From Mycobacteriales bacterium (GTDB lineage: Bacteria; Actinomycetota; Actinomycetes; Mycobacteriales; DASULA01), in NCBI GenBank assembly GCA_036278435.1, contig DASULA010000489.1, positions 1 to 48,504 of the forward strand: a DNA stretch of 48,504 nt, written 5' to 3'. This document shows positions 1 to 8,478 of this stretch, in pieces; positions within the stretch are counted from its first letter, which is position 1, and every line of letters starts with the position of its first letter. Below the pieces are notes generated by a model. It had not been told where the DNA came from. It saw only the letters and a list, made by a program, of their open reading frames with translations, and searched no databases. A program made the position numbers and the translations under genes.

Positions 1-94
1 CCCGCCGGTGGCGCCGGCCCACCGGCCCGTGCCCCACCCACCGGATGCTCACCGCCGAACTGACCACCCTCGGCCCACCCACGTGGAAACCCGC

Positions 95-289
95 ATGACC
101 CGGCCCAACCCGTACCCCCGTCCGGCGCCCACGAGCCCCCCGGCGGAGGCACTTGCCGCGTTCGGGCAATGGGTGCTGTCCCTGCACCAGCTCGCCGAAG
201 ACCCGCACTGGTGCACCTGCGGCCAGAACGTGGTCCTGTGCCCCTACCGCACCGGCGCCACCCGCTACCTCGGCCCACCCAGCAGATAA
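95..289 (+). CDS. small hypothetical protein (64 aa, Cys-containing: ...HWCTCGQNVVLCPY...)
   Basis: ATG at 95 lies inside ORF 8..289. TAA stop at 287-289 is followed 5 nt later by a perfect 14-bp hairpin. No family recognised. Confidence 0.3.
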   Translation: MTRPNPYPRPAPTSPPAEALAAFGQWVLSLHQLAEDPHWCTCGQNVVLCPYRTGATRYLGPPSR

Positions 290-293
290 GACC

Positions 294-326
294 GGCCGGC
301 CCGGTACGGAAGGTACCGGGCCGGCC
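294..326 (+). terminator. stem-loop GGCCGGCCCGGTAC-GGAAG-GTACCGGGCCGGCC (14-bp perfect stem, no U-tract)
   Basis: Inverted repeat read directly, immediately downstream of the stop at 287-289. Confidence 0.45.
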
Positions 327-434
327 CCAAACTCGCCTCCTCACAGACCCCGGATGGGGTGCCCGGCCACCTGGGCTCTCCGGCCGACGCGAGGGCGGAC
401 CGGACACCCTGGATCTCGACCCGTGGAGGACGAC

Positions 435-746
435 GTGCACAACACATCCGCCGACCCCATCGCCGACACGCTGGACCTACTGCCCGCGGGCACCACGGAC
501 CGGCACACCGTGGAGTCGGCCCATCAGGTCCGGCCGTTCGGACTCACCCTCGCCGTACCGACGCCCGACGCCGTGGATCTGACGCCGATCAGCTACGACC
601 CGCAACGGCAGATCGCCACGGTCGGTGACACCCCGGTAATCGACACGCCCATGCTGCCGGACATGACCGTCACCCAGTACCAGACCACCGTGGATCACCA
701 GCGGATGACCGACAAGCGGTTCGACCGCCCTACTCCGAAGAACTGA
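435..746 (+). CDS. putative graspetide (ATP-grasp target RiPP) precursor peptide, about 103 aa
   Basis: C-terminal part of ORF 153..746. GGAGGA at 425-430 precedes GTG 435 (alternative GTG 423). Leader-like ...VRPFGLTLAVP...ISYDPQRQIATV... and a Thr/Asp-rich C-terminus (MTVTQYQTTVDHQRMTDKRFD). Stop lies 4 nt before the ATP-grasp-like ORF. Resembles the TIGR04186-type precursors from memory. Confidence 0.55.
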   Translation: MHNTSADPIADTLDLLPAGTTDRHTVESAHQVRPFGLTLAVPTPDAVDLTPISYDPQRQIATVGDTPVIDTPMLPDMTVTQYQTTVDHQRMTDKRFDRPTPKN

Positions 747-750
747 AATC

Positions 751-2085
751 GTGTCCGGGGACACCGTGCTCGTGCTGACCGCCCCGGACGACCCAACCGC
801 TGACCTGGTAGTCCGAGAACTGGGACGGCGCGACACTACGGTGTTCCGCGCGGACCTCGCCTGGTTCCCCACTCGACTCACCATGACGGCGCGGGCAGGC
901 GGACCGTGGACCGGTGTCCTCCGCCTGCCCGACCGGGCCGTTCGGCTCCGCGACATCATCTCCGTCTACTACCGACGCCCCAACTCCTACGCGCTGTCCG
1001 CAGTCCTGTCCGAAGGCGACCGAGCGTGGGCGGACACCGAGGCACGCCACGGGCTGGGCGGTGTTCTCACCGCCCTGGACTGTCTGTGGTTGCCCGACCC
1101 GGTCACAGCCGCCCGAGCCGAGTTGAAACCTGTGCAGCTCGCCGCCGCTGCACAGGTAGGACTCCACATACCCGATACCCTCATCACCAACGATCCGACC
1201 GAGGCGGCGGACTTCGTCGCCTCCCAGCCCGGCGGCGCGGTGTACAAACCGCTGTTCGGACGGCCCACCACCCACGACGGGCAGCCCGAGTCGCTGTACA
1301 CCACCACGGTCACGACCGATGCGATCACCCCGGCCGTCGCCTACACCGCCCACATGTTCCAAGCCAAGGTGCCCAAGGCGTACGTGCTGGTCGGCCAGGC
1401 CCGTGATCGGCTCGCCGCGATCGGCTACCGCCCGACGCTGGTTGCAGCCGACGGCCTGGCCGGATGGCCGGACGGCGCGCCCTACGACCGGATCCTCGGC
1501 ACCTGTTCCACCCGCCGGGTCCCAGCCGCGTGGCTGGCCCAGATCCGCGCCGGCGGGATGATCGTCGCCAACGTAGGGCAGGGTGTTGTGCCTCTGCGGG
1601 TCGATGCCGGCGGCTCGGCGTCCGGCTGGTTCCTGCCCGGCCCGGCGTCGTTCATCGAAGCCCGGCCCGCGGACGCACCCGACGGCATGCCCTTCGACGC
1701 GGCGGTCGATCTCGTCTACGCGCAGGGGGACAGCACCCGGTCTGCCGATCCGTTGGTGGGGATTGGCGATGAGGCTTTCTGGTTCGTCGTTCACGTCGTC
1801 ATGCCGGGCCACGTCTGGTTCGAACTACACGAGGACGACAACACGACATACTGCCTGGTCGACCCGATGACCCGATCCTGGTACCGGGCGACCCGGGCTG
1901 CTGATCGGATGACGGTCACCCAGGCCGGCTCCCGGCGGGTCTGGGACGACCTGGCCGCGATCCACGTCCGATGGGAGGCGGCCAACCACCCCTCCCATGA
2001 CCGACTCGGCCTGACCGTCACCCCCGCCGGCAGGCACACCCTGTGGGTTGACGAACCCGGCCGCCGCGCGTGGACGCTGGTCTGA
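751..2085 (+). pseudogene. chimeric ORF: N-terminal about 210 aa of an ATP-grasp RiPP maturase fused in frame to the C-terminal about 235 aa of a PIMT-like O-methyltransferase (probable internal deletion)
   Basis: The N-terminus MSGDTVLVLTAPDDPTADLVV...YKPL...HMFQAKVPKAY looks like a SAV_5884-type ATP-grasp. It then switches abruptly at about nt 1383 to ...LVGQARDRLAAIGYRPTLVAADGLAGWPDGAPYDRILGTC...IRAGGMIV (PIMT motifs II/III). No glycine-rich SAM motif I and no ATP-grasp C-terminal subdomain are present. Confidence 0.5.
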
Positions 2086-2095
2086 TGCGGGTGCC

Positions 2096-2124
2096 GGCAC
2101 CGGCCCGACGAGCCTTCCGGTGCC
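2096..2124. terminator. hairpin GGCACCGG-N13-CCGGTGCC between convergent genes
   Basis: 8-bp inverted repeat between the stop at 2085 (+) and the holA stop at 2149 (-). Confidence 0.3.
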
Positions 2125-2148
2125 CGAAGTCCCGGGGTGCTGGTGGGT

Positions 2149-3117
2149 TCAGTGCAGGGCGCGGGCGGCCAGGATACGGCGGATCGCCAGTTCCAGGGCG
2201 TAGGACGGGTCCACCGCGACGCCCTTCACGTCGGCGTTCACCTCGGCGGCCACTCGCATCGCCGCGCCCAGGCCAGCCTCGCTCCAGCCGCGCGCCTGGC
2301 TCTGCGCCCGCTTCACCTTCCACGGCGGCATGCCCAGGCCGCTGGCCAGGTCGTAGGGGTTCCCCCGGCCGGCCGAACTCACCCGGGCGATCGACCTGAT
2401 CCCGTCGGCCAGGGCGTCGGCGATCAGTACGTGGGCAACCCCCACCGACAGGGCCCAGCGCAACGCCTCCAGCGCTCCCGGCCCGTCGCCGACCACGGCC
2501 CGGTCGGCCACCGCGAAGCCGGTCACCTCGGCCCGCCCCCGGTGGTATCGGGCCACCGCGTCGGCATCCACCCGCCCGCCGGTGTCGGACACGAGCTGAC
2601 CACAGGTGGCCGAAAGCTCCCGCAGGTCGTTGCCGACCGCGTCCAGCAGGGCCGCGGCGGCATCCGGGGTGATCGAGCCGCCAGCACGGGCCACCTCGCC
2701 CCGGATGAAGTCGATCCGGGCCTCCATCCGGGTCACCTTCCGACACTCCACGGTCCGGGCCCCGGCCCGGCCGAGCGCGTCCAGCAGGGCCTTGCCCCGG
2801 GCCCCGCCGGAATGCACCACCACCAGGTGCACGTCCTCGGCAGGGTCGGCGAGGTAGGAGCCCAGCGCCGCGGCCAGGTCCTTGCCGACGTCCTGCGCGT
2901 CCCGCAGGACGACCACCCGGGCGCCACCGAACAGAGTGGGGCTGAGCAGGTCGTACAGGTCGCCGGGAGTGACCGACGAGGCGGTCAACTCCCGCACATC
3001 GCACTGCGGGTCGCCGGCACGCCCGGCGGCGACGACCTCGGCCACGGCGCGGGACGCGAGGAACTCCTCCTCACCCACCACGACGGTCAATGGTCCGGGC
3101 ACGCTGCGCGCTGGCAT
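2149..3117 (-). CDS. holA: DNA polymerase III delta subunit
   Basis: ORF 2149..3207. Typical HolA layout (…VVVGEEEFL…LFGGARVVVLRDAQD…, C-terminal helical domain). Start chosen at MPARSVPGPLTVVVGEEE. An alternative GTG at 3207 overlaps the comEC stop. Confidence 0.85.
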   Translation of the reverse strand: MPARSVPGPLTVVVGEEEFLASRAVAEVVAAGRAGDPQCDVRELTASSVTPGDLYDLLSPTLFGGARVVVLRDAQDVGKDLAAALGSYLADPAEDVHLVVVHSGGARGKALLDALGRAGARTVECRKVTRMEARIDFIRGEVARAGGSITPDAAAALLDAVGNDLRELSATCGQLVSDTGGRVDADAVARYHRGRAEVTGFAVADRAVVGDGPGALEALRWALSVGVAHVLIADALADGIRSIARVSSAGRGNPYDLASGLGMPPWKVKRAQSQARGWSEAGLGAAMRVAAEVNADVKGVAVDPSYALELAIRRILAARALH

Positions 3118-3203
3118 CCGCCAATGGTGGCACGCCCGCCGGTCCGATCGGCCGGCGGTCGCGACCGCACCGGACCGACCGGTGGTGGTCCGGCGCGAGC
3201 GGA

Positions 3204-5579
3204 TCACCGCCGGACCGCCGGACGCCCAACCACCCGGTGCGACCGGGTCACCATCACCAGGTTTCCGTGCCGGTCGCAGGCGGCGATGTCACCGTCGCGG
3301 TCGGTGCGGTACACCCGCATGCCCAGCCGGGCCAGCTCGGCCAACAGCACCGGCGAGGGGTGCCCGTAGTCGTTGCCGGCGCCGACGGAGATCACCCCGA
3401 CCCTGGCCCGGGTCGCTGCCAGGAAGCGCGGATCGCTGTGTGCCGATCCGTGGTGAGGCACCTTCAGCAACTCGGCGTGCAGGTCCGTTTCCCGGCCCAG
3501 GATCTCCTGCTGGGCCTCGACCTCGACGTCCCCGGTGAGCAGCAGGGTGTGCCCGCGGTCGGTCACCCGCAGCACCAGCGAGGAGTTGTTCGGGTCCGAC
3601 CTGGTCCGGTGGAACGCGTGCGCCGGTGCCAGCACCTCCAGCCCGACCCCGCCCAGTCGCCAGGTCTCCCCCATGTGGACCGGCAGCAGCGGGATCCGGT
3701 GCGTCGCCGCCGCCCGCCGGACGTTGTCCCACTCCCAGGTCGGCTGGTGCAGTGGACCGGTCTCGATGGCGGCCACCTGGCGTCCGCGCAACACGCCGAC
3801 GACTCCGCCGGCGTGGTCGGCGTGCAGGTGGGTGAGCAACAGCAGTGGCACCCGGCGCACCCCGAGCCGGCGCAGGCAGTGGTCGACCAGCGCCGGGTCC
3901 GGGCCGGTGTCAACGACCACCGCGCTGCCAGGTCCGGCGTTGAGCACCAGCGCGTCGCCCTGACCCACGTCGCAGGCCACCAGCATCCAGCCCGCCGGCG
4001 GCCAGGTCAGCAGTACCGACCGGGCCGGGACGGTCACCAGCAGTGCGGCCACCGCGGCGGCGAGCACGCCCCGCCGCACGGCCCGGAACCGCACGCAGGC
4101 CAACCCGGCCACGGTCATCGGCACCAGTAACCAGAACCCGGTCCAACCGGACGGCCACGGCAGGGCCGCCAACCGAACCCCGCTGGCCTGCCGGCCGACC
4201 GCCGCCAGCCAGGCCGTGGGCAGGCCCGCCAGCCAGGCAACCGCCCGGGCCGCGGCGGGCGAGGCCGGGCCGAGCACGGTGGCCAGCACACCCAGCACGG
4301 TCGCTACCGGGACCGCGGGCGCGGCCAGCAGGTTGGCCGGTATCCCGACCAGGCTCACCCGCCCGGCCAGCGCGGCGATGATCGGCGCGGTGGTCAGATA
4401 GGCCGCGGCCGGCACCGCAACGGCGTCGGCCAACCAGGGCGGCACGCCGGCCCGGCGCAGCCCGGCACCCCAGCGCGGCGCCAGCACCAACAGCGCCCCG
4501 GTGGCCCCCACCGACAGGGCGAACCCAGCCGACCTGGCCAGGTCAGGAGACAGCAGCACGAGCACCAGTGCCGTGCCCGCCAGGGCCGGCACGCCCTGTC
4601 GGGTCCGGCCGGTGGCCAGTGCCAGCAACGCGATCGCGCCCATCATCGCCGCCCGCAACACGCTCGGCGACGGACGCACCAGCACCACGAACCCGGCGAG
4701 CGCCAGTCCGGACACCGCGGCGGTGAACCGCGGATCGGCGCGAAACAGCCGGCACAGCAGCAGGACCGCGCCCACCACGATCGTGACGTTGGCCCCGCTC
4801 ACCGCCAGCAGGTGGGCGAGCCCGGCAACCCGGAAGTCGGCGGCGACCGTGGGGTCGAGCCCAGAGGTGTCTCCGAGCACCAGACCGGGCAGCAGGCCGC
4901 GTTCGGCGGTTGGCAGTACGGTGGCGGCGTCGCGCAGACCGTGGCGCAGCCGCCCGGCCGCCCGCTGGACCACCGACGGCGGGCCCACCTGGCTCGGCGG
5001 TCCGCGGACCGAGAGCACGGCCACGGTCAGGTCGCCGGACCGGGCCGGAACCACCCGACCCGTCACGCGCAAGTGTTGGCTGGGTAGCAGGCCACTCCAA
5101 CCACCGGCCGGCGCGAGCACCAGGACGTCGGCGCGCAGCCGCCAGCCCCGCCCACCCGAGCGGACCCGCAGGGCACGGGCCGGCACCGCCACCCTGGGCA
5201 CTCCGGTCACGCCGTGCGGGCGCAGTGGCCGCGGATCCGCCCGCACCACCAGCCACACCGTGGCCGCCGCGCGGACGCTGGCCAGGCCGCGCAGCGGCGA
5301 GGAGCCTCGGGCGTGCACCCGGACTCCGACCAGCACGGCCGCGATCGCGGCGCACCCCAGCGCCAGCCCGGCCGCCCGGCGGGTCGGCCGGTCGGACCGG
5401 ACCAGTGCGCCGGCCACGGCGGCGCAACCGCAGCCGACCAGGATCGAGCCGGTCGGCGACCAACCCAGGCCCAACCAGGTGACCAACCAGGCCGCGACCG
5501 CCGCCGGCAGCAGCCGTAGATCGAGCGGTGGCCCGCCCACCTGCCCGGCCCGGGGCGGCTGGCCCGGGGTGGCGGTCAC
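3204..5579 (-). CDS. comEC: ComEC/Rec2 DNA internalisation channel with C-terminal metallo-beta-lactamase domain
   Basis: Polytopic membrane region followed by ...DVGQGDALVL...LLLTHLHADHAGG... Start placed at GTG 5579, which forms a GTGA overlap with the comEA stop. The longer ORF to 6272 overlaps comEA. Confidence 0.85.
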   Translation of the reverse strand: MTATPGQPPRAGQVGGPPLDLRLLPAAVAAWLVTWLGLGWSPTGSILVGCGCAAVAGALVRSDRPTRRAAGLALGCAAIAAVLVGVRVHARGSSPLRGLASVRAAATVWLVVRADPRPLRPHGVTGVPRVAVPARALRVRSGGRGWRLRADVLVLAPAGGWSGLLPSQHLRVTGRVVPARSGDLTVAVLSVRGPPSQVGPPSVVQRAAGRLRHGLRDAATVLPTAERGLLPGLVLGDTSGLDPTVAADFRVAGLAHLLAVSGANVTIVVGAVLLLCRLFRADPRFTAAVSGLALAGFVVLVRPSPSVLRAAMMGAIALLALATGRTRQGVPALAGTALVLVLLSPDLARSAGFALSVGATGALLVLAPRWGAGLRRAGVPPWLADAVAVPAAAYLTTAPIIAALAGRVSLVGIPANLLAAPAVPVATVLGVLATVLGPASPAAARAVAWLAGLPTAWLAAVGRQASGVRLAALPWPSGWTGFWLLVPMTVAGLACVRFRAVRRGVLAAAVAALLVTVPARSVLLTWPPAGWMLVACDVGQGDALVLNAGPGSAVVVDTGPDPALVDHCLRRLGVRRVPLLLLTHLHADHAGGVVGVLRGRQVAAIETGPLHQPTWEWDNVRRAAATHRIPLLPVHMGETWRLGGVGLEVLAPAHAFHRTRSDPNNSSLVLRVTDRGHTLLLTGDVEVEAQQEILGRETDLHAELLKVPHHGSAHSDPRFLAATRARVGVISVGAGNDYGHPSPVLLAELARLGMRVYRTDRDGDIAACDRHGNLVMVTRSHRVVGRPAVRR

Positions 5580-6466
5580 ACCGTCACCCGGTCCCGGATC
5601 TGGGCGAACTTCGCCGGACCGATGCCCGACACCTGCCGGAGTTGGTCTACCGACCGGAACGGTCCGTGTTCGGTCCGCCAGTCCACGATCCGCTGCGCCG
5701 TCACCGGGCCGATGCCCGGTAGGGCGATCAGTTCGGCCGCCGTGGCCGCGTTGAGGTTGACCGGACCGCCGGACACCCCGCCGGACACGCCACCCGACAC
5801 GCCGCCGCCGGCGCCGGCGCCCTGGGCGGCAGAGCCGGCGGCCGGCATCGGGATGCCCACCACCACCTGCTGGCCGTCGGCCAGCGGGCGGGCCAGGTTG
5901 AGCAGGCCGAGGTCGGCCCCGGGCAGCAACCCGCCGGCGGCCCGGATCGCGTCGACGACCCGGGCGCCGCGGGGAAGGGTCACGATCCCCGGATGGCGCA
6001 CCCGGCCGGCCACCGCCACGACCATCGTGCTCACCGACTCCGGTGCCGACGGTCGACCGGCGGCCGGAGCCGGGGCTCGGCCCGCCGCACTGGCCGAGGT
6101 CGGCCCGGCACTCGCCGACCCCGGCAGGGGCACCGGGTCTGCCACGGGTCGGGCCCGCCAGGTGAGCACCCCGACCAGGCTGGCCGCGGCCAGCGCGACC
6201 GCGAGCAGGGCGAGCACGCCCCGCCGCCCCGGATCGACCCGCCAGGTCCGCCCAGTCCGCCAGGTCCGCCATGCCCCGGTTCCGGCCGGCTCAGCCGGGC
6301 CGGCCGACTCGGGCGTCGCGGGTTCGGGGGCCGGTGCGGTCGGCGGGTCACCGGATGGTGGGTCACCGGATGGCGGTGGGCCGGGCCGGAACAACGACTC
6401 CAGCCTGGTCCGCACATACGTTGGGTCGTCGTCTACCGGGCGGGTCCGGCGGGTGGAGGCGAGCAT
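5576..6466 (-). CDS. comEA: ComEA (SLBB domain plus tandem helix-hairpin-helix DNA-binding domain)
   Basis: C-terminus ...VNLNAATAAELIALPGIGPVTAQRIVDWRTEHGPFRSVDQLRQVSGIGPAKFAQI... Start at ATG 6466 (MLASTRR...). Confidence 0.85.
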   Translation of the reverse strand: MLASTRRTRPVDDDPTYVRTRLESLFRPGPPPSGDPPSGDPPTAPAPEPATPESAGPAEPAGTGAWRTWRTGRTWRVDPGRRGVLALLAVALAAASLVGVLTWRARPVADPVPLPGSASAGPTSASAAGRAPAPAAGRPSAPESVSTMVVAVAGRVRHPGIVTLPRGARVVDAIRAAGGLLPGADLGLLNLARPLADGQQVVVGIPMPAAGSAAQGAGAGGGVSGGVSGGVSGGPVNLNAATAAELIALPGIGPVTAQRIVDWRTEHGPFRSVDQLRQVSGIGPAKFAQIRDRVTV

Positions 6467-6595
6467 GGGTTCGACGGTCGCAGCGGCGGCCGGCCACCGA
6501 AAGGCGGCAACGTGGAACTGTGGACAACTGTCGGACCTGTGGATACCGCGCCGTGGTGACGGCGCGCCACCGGTAACAATGAGAAGATAGGGCGC

Positions 6596-8245
6596 GTGCC
6601 CACCGTGCAGATTCCGGAGCGCATCCGGGAAACCGCCCATTCCCTCGACACACCGGCTCCTCCGCCGCTCTCGGAGCGGGTGTCGCTGTCACTGGCCACC
6701 CCGGGAGTGCGGGTGGTGGTCGCGGTCACCGGATTCGGGCTGTTGCTGAGCGGGGTCTTCCTCTTCCTGCCGCTGGCCGGCACCGACCTGTCCGCGCAGG
6801 TGGCGCGGGCTCATTTCACCAAGGTCTACGGCAGCCAGCCGATCGACTTCCGTTGGTACAGCGGAGCGCAACAATACGGTTACAGTCTGTTCTCAACATG
6901 GATTATGGCGGTCGTGGGAACCCGGGGAGTCGGGGCACTTTCCGCTGTTGTGTCGTCATTCGCATTTGCCCTTCTTCTGGTACGTACCCGAGTTCGCCGT
7001 CCGCTGCTCGGCGGTCTGATAGGCGCCTTCTGCTTCGTGTCGAACCTCGTCAGCGGGCGGATGACGTTCGCACTGGGCGTCATGTTCGGCCTGCTCGGGC
7101 TGGCCTGTCTGACCCTCACCGGGCACCGGCGGACCCAACTGGTCGGCACCGGTCTGGGCGCGTTCCTGGCATCGGCGGCCAGCCCGGTGGCCGGGTTGTT
7201 CTCCGGACTCGCCGGGACCGCCCTGGTGCTGACCGGTCGTCGCCGGGAGGGCATCGTCACCGGCGTGTCCGCGGCCGTACCGATCGGCGTGCTCAGCACG
7301 GTGTTCGGCGAGGGCGGCTGGATGAACTTCAACCAGCTCGACATGATCAAGGCGGTCGGGCTGAGCCTAGCCGCCACCCTGCTGGTGCCGTCGAAGTACC
7401 GGGTGGTGCGTGCCGGCGCGGTGCTGTCCGCGGCCGGCATCCTGGTGTCCTACCTGGTGCACACCCCGGTCGGGTCGAACTCCACCAGGCTGGCGATCAT
7501 GTTCACGCTGCCACTCGTCGCCGCGACCATGCAGGTCAACTCGGTCCGGCACGGCACCGCGCTGCTCGTGGCGCTCACCGCCTGGCAGCCCCCGCTGATC
7601 GTCGGCGACCTGGTCGACGCCGGCGGCCCGGCCGCGCACCGGCCGTACTACGCCCCGCTGCTCACCGAACTGGAACGCCGGGAACCGCTCGGCCGGGTGG
7701 AGGTGCCGCCCACCCGGGACTACTGGGAATCGGTGTACGTCGCCGACACAGTGCCGCTGGCCCGGGGCTGGATGCGGCAGGTCGACATCGAGCGCAATCC
7801 GCTGTTCTTCGACGGCTCGCTGAGTGCGGTGTCCTACCAGCGGTGGCTCTACGACAACGGCGTCGAGTACGTCGCACTGCCCGACACCACGCTGTCCTGG
7901 GTGGGCCAGGGCGAGGCCGACCTGATCCGCACCGGCCTGCCCTACCTACGCCCGGTCTGGAGCAGCCAGCACTGGATCCTCTACCAGGTACTCGGCGCTC
8001 GCACCGCGGTGGAGGCACCGGGCCGGCTGGTCGACTCGACCGCGACCGGGATCACGCTCCAGGTGAGCCAACCCGGCACGGTGCTGGTGCGGGTGCGCTT
8101 CACCCACTGGCTGAGCGTCGAGGGACCGGCGGCGTGTATCGAACCGGCCGGGCGGTGGAGCCGCCTGGTCGCCAGCCAACCGGGCATCTACCACATCGGC
8201 AGCCGGCTGCAACCCACCCAACCCTCGCGCTGCGCGGGCGGTTAG
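6596..8245 (+). CDS. polytopic integral membrane protein with C-terminal extracytoplasmic domain (GT-C-like?), function unknown
   Basis: ORF 6596..8245. Many hydrophobic segments in the first ~330 aa, then a soluble C-terminal ~200 aa. No family recognised with confidence. Confidence 0.6.
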   Translation: MPTVQIPERIRETAHSLDTPAPPPLSERVSLSLATPGVRVVVAVTGFGLLLSGVFLFLPLAGTDLSAQVARAHFTKVYGSQPIDFRWYSGAQQYGYSLFSTWIMAVVGTRGVGALSAVVSSFAFALLLVRTRVRRPLLGGLIGAFCFVSNLVSGRMTFALGVMFGLLGLACLTLTGHRRTQLVGTGLGAFLASAASPVAGLFSGLAGTALVLTGRRREGIVTGVSAAVPIGVLSTVFGEGGWMNFNQLDMIKAVGLSLAATLLVPSKYRVVRAGAVLSAAGILVSYLVHTPVGSNSTRLAIMFTLPLVAATMQVNSVRHGTALLVALTAWQPPLIVGDLVDAGGPAAHRPYYAPLLTELERREPLGRVEVPPTRDYWESVYVADTVPLARGWMRQVDIERNPLFFDGSLSAVSYQRWLYDNGVEYVALPDTTLSWVGQGEADLIRTGLPYLRPVWSSQHWILYQVLGARTAVEAPGRLVDSTATGITLQVSQPGTVLVRVRFTHWLSVEGPAACIEPAGRWSRLVASQPGIYHIGSRLQPTQPSRCAGG

Positions 8246-8260
8246 CGCCACACCCGGCCA

Positions 8261-8437
8261 GTCCCCGGTGACGCCGTCGATCCGCTCCCGGAGGAGGTCG
8301 GCGTGGCCGAGGTGGCGGGCGGACTCCTTGATCAGGTAGAGGTGCGCCCACCGCAGCGTGTACCGCTCGCGGCGCCCGAACGAGTCGTCCAGTCCGAACC
8401 CGGCCATCACCACCCTGGACCGTTGACCGTGAGTCAT
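8261..8437 (-). pseudogene. C-terminal fragment of a DinB/DUF664-family protein (remnant)
   Basis: ...RERYTLRWAHLYLIKESARHLGHADLLRERIDGVTGD matches the conserved DUF664 C-terminus. Only about 230 nt of space lies between the flanking genes, and there is no N-terminal half. Confidence 0.45.
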
Positions 8438-8478
8438 CGTCGGACCGTAGCCACGGCGTACGAACAGTCCGGCACTGG

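Noticed and set aside
751-2085. The 444-aa ORF as a genuine bifunctional ATP-grasp-methyltransferase fusion enzyme.
   Set aside because: Both halves appear truncated at the junction: there is no ATP-grasp C-terminal subdomain and no SAM motif I. A deletion chimera is therefore more likely. This cannot be excluded without domain searches, so it is flagged in the findings.
5580-6272. N-terminal 230-codon extension of the ComEC ORF (3204..6272), which overlaps comEA.
   Set aside because: The extension is low-complexity (RRRPGR…) and overlaps the clearly coding comEA frame. A GTG at 5579 gives a canonical GTGA stop/start overlap and a normal ComEC length of ~790 aa.
5767-6380. Short tandem repeats inside comEA: a 12-nt unit x3 at 5767-5802 encoding GGVSGGVSGGVS, a 15-nt unit x2 at 6346-6375 encoding PPSGDPPSGD, and the WRTWRTGRTW region at 6240-6272.
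   Set aside because: They are in frame within the linker or N-terminal region of ComEA, and low-complexity linkers are common there. They are not spacer-repeat arrays and not intergenic.
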